This document shows positions 26,659-36,041 of a stretch of DNA of 53,173 nucleotides, piece after piece (position 1 is the stretch's first letter; each line of letters opens with the position of its first letter). A program made the position numbers and the translations under genes. The notes beneath the pieces are model-generated. The model had not been told where the DNA came from and ran no database searches. It saw only the letters and a list, made by a program, of their open reading frames with translations. The stretch comes from a virus (lineage: Duplodnaviria > Caudoviricetes), in the IMG/VR virus record IMGVR_UViG_3300005077_000024, positions 1 through 53,173 of that record; one strand, given 5' to 3'.

Positions 26659-28708
26659 AATGACCGTGAGTGGCACTACCTACCGCTTTGTGATAAACCC
26701 TGATACCTACAGTGAGGTAGATATCGTGGACTTTGCCCCTCGTACAGTAGCAAGCACACCTGCGCGGTCAGAGTTGGGCTTGTACCTGGACGTGGGGCAA
26801 GAGTCGTTTGCACACGGCTACGGTAGTGAGAGGATGGTTGAGGCACAGATGTATGGTAGGACCGGCCACCTAGTGGACACTTCCCATGGGGTGCTCACCT
26901 TGATGACCAGCCCTACTCTTCAGAGCCTTGGACTGGACCCCTACGAGTACGTTGTCAAGGTCTTCTCATACAACTATAACACGTTCGTACTCACCAACCA
27001 AGGCCTGCTCGCGATGAAGGCTAGTGGGGCCTGGCAGCGTCTTCTGGGCCCTTCTACTTCTTACAACTTCCAAGATGCACTGAGTAACGGAAAGTACCTC
27101 TTCATCACTGGAGATATTCGGATGTATGTCTGTGACCTCCGACCGCTCGCGATGGACCCTGGTGGAGGCTCCCTTCTGTCTTCCACGGGAGCGGACTGGA
27201 CTGTGGATCTGTTCAACGGAGGTGGGATCTACATCTTCGACTCTGACAACAACCAGATCAGAACTATCTCAGACACTACAGCGACCACGGTCACTGTAAG
27301 CTCTGCTTTCGCATCCGTAACTGCAGACGGCACGGCACGCTTTTTTGTGTGGGCCCAGGCCGGAGTGGCCGATAACCCTCCTGAGTACCTGGGTAAGTTA
27401 GCGGTCTTCGGTGGCTACATGTGGGGCTTCGAGTTAGAAACTGGCTACGCTCACTACTGGGCGGAGGTAGATGGATCTGACGCTGAAGGTGGGCAGGGAA
27501 ACGACCCGTCGGCCGTCCTCGTCAGTCAGCGGTGGCCTGTAAGGGCCACCGAAGTCTTCAATAATCAGTTGTGGTGCTGGTCCCAGCAGGGCGCCTGGGT
27601 AATCCTGGATGACCTCAAGGCGTACCACATGATGGACTTTACTAAGGAAGAGTCTTCGGACAACTTCCGGTCTACTGCCTTGTGGAATGGCTACCTGGTG
27701 TTCCCTGTAGGTAACACGCTCTACAAGTACAAGAGCGGCCTACAGGGCATCACTCCGCCAGACTGGATCTGGACCTGGCCTCCGCGCGGCTTTGGATCCT
27801 GGGCAGGGCTAGCTCCTCACGGCAAGTGGCTCTATGCAGTAGGGCTCGCCTCAGGAACAGACTCTGGTGAGACTTCCGAGGCCTACACCTTCGCCGGACT
27901 GTTCAGGACAGACGGCGTAGGCTGGCATAAGATCGCGGACCTCTATGCATCTGGTAAGGCAGTCACAGATCTCTCCACCGGGTTCGGGTGCTGGATGATC
28001 CCCATAGATGCTGGGGGCCCCGGGGACACCTTAACATCTGCTCTGTACTATGCCTACACAGACTCTAGCTCTGTCCAATACCTCTACAGAGTTCCGATGA
28101 ACCTCAGGGATGAATATCCTTACGCCTCCTTCCCGACTACAGGGAACCACAACTGGTACTCATCCGGGTTCGACCTGGGACTGACGCGTATCAATAAGTC
28201 ATACGCCTCAGTGAGTGTGGAGGCGGAGTTCCCTACTGGGACTTCTGCAGTATGCTACTACCGGGTGGACAACGAGACTTCGTGGACTTCTCTTGGAACG
28301 TTCAACTCATCTACCTTGGAGATAGACCTGTCAACTACGAAGGTGGGCAAGAGGTTCTTCATCAAACTGGACCTGCAAACCTCAAACTCGGCTAACACTC
28401 CAGTCATCAAGGCTGTGGTCATCAAGCAGATGGCACGGCCGGATGTGCTATATGGAACCTCGTTTGAGGTCCTGGTAGAAGATTCCCTCACTACTCCAGA
28501 CCAAGGGCAACTGGGTCTGACGGCTACCGAGATCAGAGCAAATCTAAAAACGTGCCGTGCAACAACTGTGCCCCTGACGTTCTCTAACATCTGGGGAGAG
28601 TCTGCAAGTGCATACATGTCATCACTACGTTTCATCGTGCGGGAGTACCAAGCAGATGAGGCCATCGGAGTTCAATCCATTGCTCGGGTGACGGTGGTCA
28701 ATGTCTGA
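26639..28708 (+). CDS. Probable tail nozzle / tubular protein B-like
   Basis: ~690 aa, beta-propeller-like composition, C-terminal YSSGFDLG...K...SV motif; follows the adaptor; ATG 26639 with GGAGG. Confidence 0.6.
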   Translation: MPRSHVEMTVSGTTYRFVINPDTYSEVDIVDFAPRTVASTPARSELGLYLDVGQESFAHGYGSERMVEAQMYGRTGHLVDTSHGVLTLMTSPTLQSLGLDPYEYVVKVFSYNYNTFVLTNQGLLAMKASGAWQRLLGPSTSYNFQDALSNGKYLFITGDIRMYVCDLRPLAMDPGGGSLLSSTGADWTVDLFNGGGIYIFDSDNNQIRTISDTTATTVTVSSAFASVTADGTARFFVWAQAGVADNPPEYLGKLAVFGGYMWGFELETGYAHYWAEVDGSDAEGGQGNDPSAVLVSQRWPVRATEVFNNQLWCWSQQGAWVILDDLKAYHMMDFTKEESSDNFRSTALWNGYLVFPVGNTLYKYKSGLQGITPPDWIWTWPPRGFGSWAGLAPHGKWLYAVGLASGTDSGETSEAYTFAGLFRTDGVGWHKIADLYASGKAVTDLSTGFGCWMIPIDAGGPGDTLTSALYYAYTDSSSVQYLYRVPMNLRDEYPYASFPTTGNHNWYSSGFDLGLTRINKSYASVSVEAEFPTGTSAVCYYRVDNETSWTSLGTFNSSTLEIDLSTTKVGKRFFIKLDLQTSNSANTPVIKAVVIKQMARPDVLYGTSFEVLVEDSLTTPDQGQLGLTATEIRANLKTCRATTVPLTFSNIWGESASAYMSSLRFIVREYQADEAIGVQSIARVTVVNV

Positions 28709-29243
28709 TACTCTGAAGGTAGGTCTGAAGTCACCACGGTACCTGCGTGGATACCCTCTGGCTCGGACCTACCTAGTACGGAGGTTCAAGCGTCAGGCGT
28801 ACGAAATGGCTGAGTTCCGCCAGGCTCGGCCGCGTAGGTTTGCGCGTGCCAGGGGAACTACCTACGACCGGGACGCGGCTCTGGAGCAGAAAGCCAAGCA
28901 GGGGATAGTTGGATCTCTGGAGGAGCGGATCTTCTACAAAGCACTAGAAGATCGGTGGTTCATACCAGAAGTAGACTTTACCTTCCAGGCGGCACAGCAA
29001 GGTGGGAGGGCTGAGTTGGGGGGGCTGGTAGCAGACTTCCTGTTCCCGGTTCCCTCGGTCATTGTGCAGATACAGTCTGACTGGCACGAGGGGGACTTAG
29101 AGATCTTGGAGAGGGACCGTACTCAGCAGTCAGTCCTTGAGAGTCTCGGATATGATGTACTTTACATCTGGCCTGAGACCCTTCACCATGAGGTCCTGCT
29201 CGATCAGTGGTTTGATAGAATTGCTAGGTTGTGGGGTGTGTAA
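28701..29243 (+). CDS. DUF559/Vsr-like PD-(D/E)xK endonuclease
   Basis: SLEERIFYKAL, VADFL, VQIQSDWH, ERDRTQ, LESLGYDVLYIW pattern. Confidence 0.7.
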   Translation: MSDTLKVGLKSPRYLRGYPLARTYLVRRFKRQAYEMAEFRQARPRRFARARGTTYDRDAALEQKAKQGIVGSLEERIFYKALEDRWFIPEVDFTFQAAQQGGRAELGGLVADFLFPVPSVIVQIQSDWHEGDLEILERDRTQQSVLESLGYDVLYIWPETLHHEVLLDQWFDRIARLWGV

Positions 29244-32239
29244 TGCCTACTATCATAGCCGATGTTGACCTTAATCCTCTCAGGAGAAAAGATACAGATC
29301 ACGAGGACCGGATCGAGTATCTGGAGATGCTCAACCTCTTGCCAAGGAGAAAGTCCGGAGCAGCAGGTAAGGTCCGAGACATTATCCTTTATGCAGAGGA
29401 CCTCCCTGACCACAGTCACCTAAGCGCGACTACTGGTGGACACTACCCCTGGGCGGATATTACAGGGTTTGCTGTGCCAACAGTGTCTCTTGGAACTGCT
29501 CATGCAGCCGGTACCGCAACTACGGTACTCCGGACAGACGCGACCTTTGCCGCGTTCGATGCTACTGTACCTACTACGCAAGCGGTGGGGGACAGTGCTG
29601 CAACTGGAAGCGCTGCCGTGGCGGCTAGGAGAGACCACGTCCATGGGATGCCAGCCTTTGGTACGGCTACCAATATAGCAGATGTGACTCTGACTGAGAA
29701 TGCCGGCGCCTCTGCTCTGCTTCCAAGAGCCGACCATGTGCACGCCTTGTCCCAGGCTATCGGGCCTGTCTGGACTGGGCACCATACATGGCAGCCTACA
29801 GTCGACTCTGAGAACGCATGTACTATCTTTACGAGCGACGGCACGGGCACGGTTTTTGTGGCCGACACGGTGCACAACCGGGTGGGCATTGGATCCTCCT
29901 ATCCGCTGTCACCCCTCAATGTCTGGAGTTCGACCCAGATCCCTCAAGTGATGATAGGGTATGTGCCGGACTCTGCTCTGTCTATTGGAGTGAACAGTTC
30001 GGGCACTGTAACACTTACAGCAGATGGGGATCTTGTCCTTGACCCTGAGGGCTTCTATGTACTCCCGGAGACTGCCTACACAGTCAACCTGGGGACGCTC
30101 TCTAACAAGTATCTTACTCTGCACGCTGCAGAGTTGTGGGTAGAGACGCTAGTTGCTCAATCTACTTTGGCTACTATCGGTGGAAGGATCCTCGTAGGAC
30201 CTACTTCCATTCTAACCTTAAACTGTGATAGTTCAGCATCTACTATCACAGTGAAGCACAACTCCTTCGCTTCGGGAGATATCCTTCTTCTGGAGGCTGA
30301 TGGGAAGATAGAATGGATGGTTCTTACGTCAGGACCATCAACCGTCGATGATGGTTACATCTACGACGTCTCTAGAAACCTTGACAGCACAGGTGCCAAC
30401 GATTGGTATGCCGGAGATGCGGTCTTCAACACGGGAACTACAGGGGATGGCTTCATTGACCTGTACTCTGTAGCTGGTGTGTACTCCGGATACGGGCCCA
30501 CCATTGTAGGGAACGTCCGGACTGGAACTGTCTACAGCAACATCGCGGCTAGGTGGGCCATCGGCAACCTCCACGGTGTGTATGGGTACGGAGCAACTAC
30601 ATACGGGTTCGCCGCTGGAGACCACACCACAACCTGGATCTCAGCCGATGCCACCAACGGCTTCCGTATCAACAATGGTAGCACAGTCCTGGCTCAATGG
30701 TTCACCACGGGGGCACTCATCATAGGCCAGGAGGCTGCAAGCCAGAACAATGTATACATAGCCTCCGGCGCCTTGTCTCTCAGGACCAACACGACAGAGC
30801 GGATTAAGTTGACCGCCGCTGGTGTCCTTACTATCAATGATAGTAGCGGAGCGGCTGTGTTCACCTTCAACGCAAGCACCGGCGCTGAGTTCACCCTTCC
30901 ACTAACACTGGCCACGACAGGCGGTATCTTCCAGGGAAAGGGCACGTTTGCTTCTCCAGATACCGGCCTAAAAATCTGGGCCGTGACCTCAGGTCCATAC
31001 ACTTACGGGCGCATCGGAGGCTACAACAGCACTACACTGCAGTGGTACGCAGACACCGACGGTAGGCTGTATGCAGGAGGTGGCTCTGTAGTCATAGACG
31101 CGACTAATGCTATCACTCTTAAGGCAGACTCTGACTGGGACTTTGACAACGCAGTGAACTTCACCAACGCTGCAGGTACCTGGTTCGGAAGACTCAACGG
31201 GATGTGGGTGACCGTAGGAGGAGGCGCCGGTGCAGTCAAACTAGAGGCGGATACTTCTGATGCAAGTGCCGATGCTACTGCTACGCTGAGAGCAGAGGTC
31301 GCGGGTGCTTACACAGCAGCCTCGGGTATAACTGCCTATGATGGGACTACTCTACGCAGTGCTTACATCTACTGTGGTGGAGGGAATGATGGTGAGTTCT
31401 TACTATCTAACCTGACTGTCAACCTCGGGTCTGACGTCCGCCTCAGCCGAAGTGCTGCTAATACTCTGAAGTTACATAGCGGGGACAACTTCTACCTGGA
31501 GTCAGGAGCTATAGGGGTAAAGACTTCACCGGTATCCTACTATGGGATTGGGATACTGAATGAGCAGTCGAACCAGTCAAACACCCGTGGGATCTCCCTT
31601 GTCAATAACCACACCTCCTCGGGTGGCACCTACTACGGGTCCGGAATTGTGGTTACGGCCAACGAAGAAGTCAATGTAGGCACTACTAACAGTGGTTACA
31701 TGTACGGACTGAACATCGGTGCGTGGAGGAATAACGCGGGGTCCGGCACTAACGACAGTGGCACCCTAGGAGAACTCATCGGAGCCATCATCCGTGCGGG
31801 TAACTACAACGACGCCTCTGGGGAGACACCGATTACGACCAAGGTAGCCGGTATAGAGATTGCTACCTACTGTTCCACTGGGAGCATCACCAACCTATAC
31901 CAGATTTACCTGAACGCCCACAGCGGCACTGCCCCGTCAGGATCTCGCTACGGGATCTTTCAGGCAGGGGCGTCAGAGGGCAACTACTTCGCGGGGAGAG
32001 TCGGTATCGGTGTCGGCCCCGGAACTCCCAAACTAAAGGTCTCGGGCAGCGTTGGGGTGGGAGGGGACGACGGAGGTACAGCCAGTTATGTGACGTTCAC
32101 TAATGTCACGGCTTCTGTATCAAGTGGGGTTGGCACAGTCAAGATGAACCAGGCCAACAATAGGAACAGCACCGGATGGCTTAAATTCTATTCCGGCGCG
32201 ACTGCCTACTATGTACCATTCTGGCAGACGATTACGTGA
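29243..32239 (+). CDS. Tail fibre/spike
   Basis: ~1000 aa G/T/S/A-rich; ARRDHVH and RADHVH repeats, NRVGIG repeats, C-terminal GWLKFYSGATAYYVPFW. Confidence 0.8.
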   Translation: MPTIIADVDLNPLRRKDTDHEDRIEYLEMLNLLPRRKSGAAGKVRDIILYAEDLPDHSHLSATTGGHYPWADITGFAVPTVSLGTAHAAGTATTVLRTDATFAAFDATVPTTQAVGDSAATGSAAVAARRDHVHGMPAFGTATNIADVTLTENAGASALLPRADHVHALSQAIGPVWTGHHTWQPTVDSENACTIFTSDGTGTVFVADTVHNRVGIGSSYPLSPLNVWSSTQIPQVMIGYVPDSALSIGVNSSGTVTLTADGDLVLDPEGFYVLPETAYTVNLGTLSNKYLTLHAAELWVETLVAQSTLATIGGRILVGPTSILTLNCDSSASTITVKHNSFASGDILLLEADGKIEWMVLTSGPSTVDDGYIYDVSRNLDSTGANDWYAGDAVFNTGTTGDGFIDLYSVAGVYSGYGPTIVGNVRTGTVYSNIAARWAIGNLHGVYGYGATTYGFAAGDHTTTWISADATNGFRINNGSTVLAQWFTTGALIIGQEAASQNNVYIASGALSLRTNTTERIKLTAAGVLTINDSSGAAVFTFNASTGAEFTLPLTLATTGGIFQGKGTFASPDTGLKIWAVTSGPYTYGRIGGYNSTTLQWYADTDGRLYAGGGSVVIDATNAITLKADSDWDFDNAVNFTNAAGTWFGRLNGMWVTVGGGAGAVKLEADTSDASADATATLRAEVAGAYTAASGITAYDGTTLRSAYIYCGGGNDGEFLLSNLTVNLGSDVRLSRSAANTLKLHSGDNFYLESGAIGVKTSPVSYYGIGILNEQSNQSNTRGISLVNNHTSSGGTYYGSGIVVTANEEVNVGTTNSGYMYGLNIGAWRNNAGSGTNDSGTLGELIGAIIRAGNYNDASGETPITTKVAGIEIATYCSTGSITNLYQIYLNAHSGTAPSGSRYGIFQAGASEGNYFAGRVGIGVGPGTPKLKVSGSVGVGGDDGGTASYVTFTNVTASVSSGVGTVKMNQANNRNSTGWLKFYSGATAYYVPFWQTIT

Positions 32240-32252
32240 TGGAGGCTTGAGG

Positions 32253-32534
32253 ATGGGCTTTCTTGACAAACTTGCATGTGAACTTCCGGCTGGCGTCGAG
32301 CGGCTGGAAATCACTCTCCGGCGTGAGGACGTAGACGCTAATGGGGTGACTAGGGTTGACTACGGAGCTCAGTTTGACATTATCATCGTCTATGACGACG
32401 GAGCCAAGCGGTCGATAGCTGGGAACCTCGTTCCGCACCTGACCGCTGCTCAGGTCACATGGCTGAAGAATCTGATGAACTCATTAGTCCAAGAAGTCAA
32501 CGACCGTATTGCTGCAGTAAGGGAGGCTCAATGA
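32253..32534 (+). CDS. Hypothetical protein, possible fibre-associated
   Basis: ATG 32253 with GGAGG; follows the tail fibre. Confidence 0.65.
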   Translation: MGFLDKLACELPAGVERLEITLRREDVDANGVTRVDYGAQFDIIIVYDDGAKRSIAGNLVPHLTAAQVTWLKNLMNSLVQEVNDRIAAVREAQ

Positions 32535-32974
32535 AGCTGTACGAAGTAGTCGAAGGGAACGCAGCACTCGGCACTCTTGTCAACAAAGAGATGCCCGGAT
32601 GGGTAGCATTTCGGATCGCCCGCGCCATCAAGGGGATGCAGCCTATCCTGCAGACCTTCGAGGCCCAGAAGGATGCCCTGGTCACCAAGTACGGAACGGA
32701 CGGACAGATTACAAGAGACGACCTGAACTGGAAGGAGTTTGCGGATGAACTGAACCAGATCCTGGATGAGGAAGTGACGTTCGAGTTTACACCCGTTGCA
32801 CTTGAGCATCTGGGTGCCATCACACCTAGAGCCGTACTTGCTCTGGGCTGGTTTATTCAGGAGAGTGAGAATGAAGATGAAGGGAGTAATAGCAATCGTC
32901 GCCGGGCTACTTCTGGTACTGGCAGCACTGCAAGTACTCGGGATGGCTCCAAGCGCCGCGCAAAGCCCAGGTGA
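32531..32974 (+). CDS. Hypothetical protein (DUF1617-like, often downstream of tail fibres)
   Basis: AFRIARAIK...FEAQKDALVTKYG...F..ELNQILDEEV pattern; ATGA coupling. Confidence 0.6.
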   Translation: MKLYEVVEGNAALGTLVNKEMPGWVAFRIARAIKGMQPILQTFEAQKDALVTKYGTDGQITRDDLNWKEFADELNQILDEEVTFEFTPVALEHLGAITPRAVLALGWFIQESENEDEGSNSNRRRATSGTGSTASTRDGSKRRAKPR

Positions 32975-33317
32975 GGTGGACATATACTCCTTCTACGCTG
33001 AGGGGGTACTGACCACCGGTACGGTCTACGCAAGCAGGGTCATGGCCTGGCCAGAGGGGAGCCAGAAGGCGTACATCCAGTATAACATGGTGTGTACTGC
33101 CAACTACACCTTGTCTCTCCAGACCTGGCAAGGCTACCAGAAGCCGACTCTTACTACCACAACCTGGACCCAGATCACTACAGATACAGCAGCATGTGTA
33201 GCTCCTGGGTCGTCGATCTCGAAGACCGTTACGCGGATGTGGAACGTCATCACGGCATCAATCCAGTCCGCAGGAACGCTGACGGCTGATGCCCAACTGC
33301 GATTTAGTTATCCATAG
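32871..33317 (+). CDS. Signal-peptide-bearing beta protein
   Basis: MKMKGVIAIVAGLLLVLAALQVLGMAPSAA|QS Sec-type leader; AGGAG RBS. Confidence 0.7.
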   Translation: MKMKGVIAIVAGLLLVLAALQVLGMAPSAAQSPGEVDIYSFYAEGVLTTGTVYASRVMAWPEGSQKAYIQYNMVCTANYTLSLQTWQGYQKPTLTTTTWTQITTDTAACVAPGSSISKTVTRMWNVITASIQSAGTLTADAQLRFSYP

Positions 33318-33326
33318 GAGGAGAGT

Positions 33327-34055
33327 ATGGACGTAGTCCAGATCAGCAGCAGTCTCGGAAAAAGTGCGGCCCGTGTAGCCTTGCTGAGATATCAAGGGCT
33401 CACGGCACAATCGACTGAGGAGGAGATCTACCTGGATGATCTCCGGCCGATGGATGATCCCACACTCCAGTACTATCCGAGGATGTCTACACTTGCCGAG
33501 GCCCAGGCCCTCTTCAAGTTTGGAGTCAACCGGTCCCTTGGATGGGATGCTTGCCCAGAGGGGCAAGCCTGCTGGAAGTTGATCGGGGTGCAAATCAGAA
33601 CCGGCATCGCTGCGTTCATCCCTCTCGTCGTCGGTCCTAATGCGCTCCCCGATGACCAGATCCTGGTCTTCCTGTACTGGCCCGGTGCACCTGACCTGGA
33701 CCCTACCGCGAAGCCGCGCTACTTCGAGAAGGCTGTTGGTGGATGGACGGACAGCAACGGTGTGGTCGGGTTCGCATACGGAACCGGTGGGCTGATCGGG
33801 GCCACCGGAGGCCCATACGCGAACTGGGTAAGCGCAGCTCCTCCTGGCCTGCAACCACAGTACTCAGATGCGCTGACCAATCTGGGCTGGCTGGGGGGCA
33901 CGGACCATTTTTGTCCTTCTGGTGTGTGGCAGTATCTCGTCAAGGGGTTGACCCCACCGGTTCCGGATCCAGGGACTACACCGACGGGGTGCACCCAGGC
34001 TACTGCTGCCGTCCTTGAAGCAATCGCTAAGGCCTTGAAAGGAGGCACGTTGTGA
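33327..34055 (+). CDS. Hypothetical protein in the endolysin position
   Basis: GGAGG RBS; WPGAP...GWTDSNG.VGF.YG.G...GGPY..WV...SD.LTNLGWLGGTDH domain. Confidence 0.7.
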   Translation: MDVVQISSSLGKSAARVALLRYQGLTAQSTEEEIYLDDLRPMDDPTLQYYPRMSTLAEAQALFKFGVNRSLGWDACPEGQACWKLIGVQIRTGIAAFIPLVVGPNALPDDQILVFLYWPGAPDLDPTAKPRYFEKAVGGWTDSNGVVGFAYGTGGLIGATGGPYANWVSAAPPGLQPQYSDALTNLGWLGGTDHFCPSGVWQYLVKGLTPPVPDPGTTPTGCTQATAAVLEAIAKALKGGTL

Positions 34056-34363
34056 GCCAGGAAGTATGGATGGTCGCGGCTGGTGTAGCCGCATCGCTTG
34101 TCACCACCCTTGCCGTCTGGATTGCCAGCCGGCTGGGGGTCACGCTGAGTTCGGCTGCATCTGCGTACCTGACCTATGCAGTGTGCTTGATCTGTGCGAT
34201 CGCCGCCAAGTTGGTGTCAGGTACCGGGTTCCCGACAGGTGAGATAGACGTGGTTGCCCCGGCTCTCGGGATCTGGTTCGTCGAGGTCCTGGGCACCGCT
34301 ACACTGTTCTACAATACAGTCACCAAGAAGACTACGCGCTTGGTCGCAAGGAGTACAGAATGA
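34052..34363 (+). CDS. Three-TM holin-like membrane protein
   Basis: Three hydrophobic segments and a basic C-terminus (KKTTR); GGAGG RBS. Confidence 0.6.
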   Translation: MSQEVWMVAAGVAASLVTTLAVWIASRLGVTLSSAASAYLTYAVCLICAIAAKLVSGTGFPTGEIDVVAPALGIWFVEVLGTATLFYNTVTKKTTRLVARSTE

Positions 34364-34800
34364 AGATCTTCGTCTCGGTCGTTCTCGCGGCAGCCCTGCT
34401 GGTGGGGGTCCTGGTAGGGGTGCCGGCCTCGGCTCAGGGTGAGCCTCAGGTCATCCCGATCTTTACCACGGCGGATGCTACCACCGGCGGGCTCACTTCT
34501 GACGGCACCCAGTGGCGCTTCGACTACGTCCGCAACAGCGTGGACTTGTTCCTGGACTACGACGTATCCGGTGAAGCCGTGGAGGAGACGGCGCTCGAAT
34601 GGGTCCTGGAGGTGAGCCCTAACAACACGGACTGGTTCAGCCACTCTGTGTCATCCACCTTACAGACCGCGTGGTGGACCGCCACTACTACCGTGTTCCC
34701 CAACGTGAACATCGAAGGGAACTACTTCCGGGTGAGGACCTCTGCCCTATCGACTACGATGGCGTACACGCCTACCATGATGGCGGTGCTGAAACCGTAG
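34360..34800 (+). CDS. Signal-peptide-bearing beta protein
   Basis: MKIFVSVVLAAALLVGVLVGVPASA|QG leader; LEVSPNNTDW and YFRVR jelly-roll-like motifs. Confidence 0.7.
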   Translation: MKIFVSVVLAAALLVGVLVGVPASAQGEPQVIPIFTTADATTGGLTSDGTQWRFDYVRNSVDLFLDYDVSGEAVEETALEWVLEVSPNNTDWFSHSVSSTLQTAWWTATTTVFPNVNIEGNYFRVRTSALSTTMAYTPTMMAVLKP

Positions 34801-34809
34801 AGGTGAACC

Positions 34810-34956
34810 ATGCCTCGAAAGCACGGTACGTCTAAGCAGGTAGTAAGCGACAATATCGCAGAGTTGGTGAAGGCAGGGTATACACAGAAGCAGGCGGTAG
34901 CGATCGCTTACAAGTGGCTGGCAGAAGACAGAAAGAAGAAAGGCGCTCGTCGTTGA
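34810..34956 (+). CDS. 48-aa basic phage protein ([33 protein letters not shown] family)
   Basis: Translated by hand: [48 protein letters not shown]; GAGGTG RBS. Confidence 0.8.
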   Translation: MPRKHGTSKQVVSDNIAELVKAGYTQKQAVAIAYKWLAEDRKKKGARR

Positions 34957-34970
34957 GCGCCTTCTATTTA
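34940..34970. terminator. Probable bidirectional intrinsic terminator at the arm convergence
   Basis: Stem AAGGCGCTC / GAGCGCCTT, 6-nt loop, A-rich 5' flank and T-rich 3' flank. Confidence 0.7.
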
Positions 34971-35087
34971 CTTCAGGATCGTGTAGAAGAAGACCACCAG
35001 AGCAGTAAAGGTGGCCCCAGCCAAGAAGGCCAACCCCAGCAGGACTGCTTCTTCTAGCCGGTTAGTTTGCTTCCGCATTTCCAGCAT
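34968..35087 (-). CDS. Small membrane protein (39 aa)
   Basis: MLEMRKQTNRLEEAVLLGLAFLAGATFTALVVFFYTILK; GGGGG upstream. Confidence 0.45.
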   Translation of the reverse strand: MLEMRKQTNRLEEAVLLGLAFLAGATFTALVVFFYTILK

Positions 35088-35138
35088 ACGTCCCCCACAC
35101 GCCACGCCTTGCACGTAGCGCACCAACGCCTAAGGTCT

Positions 35139-35477
35139 CTACTCACCGTCTTGTCCCATCCTCTTCCGGTATGATGCAAGCTTCTTGTCTGTCATGGACC
35201 CCAGCTTCTTAACCACCTGCTCCTCCAGGTTGAAGTCCATCACGATGGCCGTCACCATTGCCATGAACACCGTGTCCCCTATCTCTTCCTTCAGTAGGTC
35301 AAGGTCAGGGTCCTGAGGATTGTTCCGGACGTAGGCTTTCTGGCGGAGGCACTGGTCCAGGGCCTCACCGGCTTCAGTCACCATGAACGACACCGCGTCC
35401 TGGATGTTAGGTAGGACGAACTCCTCCATAGCCACCCAGGCACTTACCTTCATCCTAATGTACTGCTGCAGGTCCAC
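35139..35477 (-). CDS. MazG-like NTP pyrophosphohydrolase
   Basis: TEAGEALD ... LKEEIGDTVF (ExxE / EExxD) signature. Confidence 0.85.
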   Translation of the reverse strand: MDLQQYIRMKVSAWVAMEEFVLPNIQDAVSFMVTEAGEALDQCLRQKAYVRNNPQDPDLDLLKEEIGDTVFMAMVTAIVMDFNLEEQVVKKLGSMTDKKLASYRKRMGQDGE

Positions 35478-35646
35478 GTTGCGCCTCCATTGCTGTAATT
35501 ACCGGCCGGACGTTGGCCAGGGCGACCATCAGCTTATCTAACGCCTCTGCGTTGAGGTCGATCCACACCTTGTGTTCACCTTCGTGAAACACCAGGCGGA
35601 TCTTCGCTTGGTCGGGGATCAACTCCACGTCCATCTGAACTGCCAT
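35455..35646 (-). CDS. Hypothetical protein
   Basis: ATG 35646 with AGGAGG RBS, coupled to neighbours. Confidence 0.6.
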   Translation of the reverse strand: MAVQMDVELIPDQAKIRLVFHEGEHKVWIDLNAEALDKLMVALANVRPVITAMEAQRGPAAVH

Positions 35647-36041
35647 CAGTCCCTCCTTTCTAGTAGTGATACTACCACTCTGCCAGGTCCGATATCCTGG
35701 AACGTCCACCAATCGACCTCGATCACATAGTTCTTCTCCTCCCTAGCCTTGACATGATGTGGTGTAGCCACGTCTACCACATAGCACAGCACCCGCGGAT
35801 GGTCCTCAGGGAAGATCAAGACGTACTGGTCTATGTGGTTGTCGTTCAGAGCACAGAGACACTTAGGAACGTGACCGTACCACGGATGTAACTGGTCGTA
35901 CTCCCTGATCCTACGGGCCATGACCTGCTGCATCAGCCCCGGAGCGTATGCGGTAACATACCCTTCAGTATGCACCGGAAGCGCTGGCACCGCCTCAAGA
36001 GGGCTCATGAACCACAGGAGCAGAAACAGGACATCCGACAT
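35646..36041 (-). CDS. RlpA/expansin-like double-psi beta-barrel protein with N-terminal hydrophobic segment
   Basis: GYVTAY...CLCA...V.I...CYVVD...VIEVDWWTF resembles DPBB lytic-transglycosylase-like folds; GGAGGAGG RBS before ATG 36041. Confidence 0.55.
   Translation of the reverse strand: MSDVLFLLLWFMSPLEAVPALPVHTEGYVTAYAPGLMQQVMARRIREYDQLHPWYGHVPKCLCALNDNHIDQYVLIFPEDHPRVLCYVVDVATPHHVKAREEKNYVIEVDWWTFQDIGPGRVVVSLLERRD

Noticed and set aside
29062-29090. IQSDWH in the DUF559-like nuclease matches the giant-protein module motif
   Set aside because: Flanking motifs differ entirely and it occupies the E-x-D-G-x-x-H position of the nuclease; treated as coincidence pending structural comparison
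29243-32239. Diversity-generating retroelement or invertase acting on the tail fibre
   Set aside because: No reverse transcriptase, recombinase or template/variable repeat pair seen
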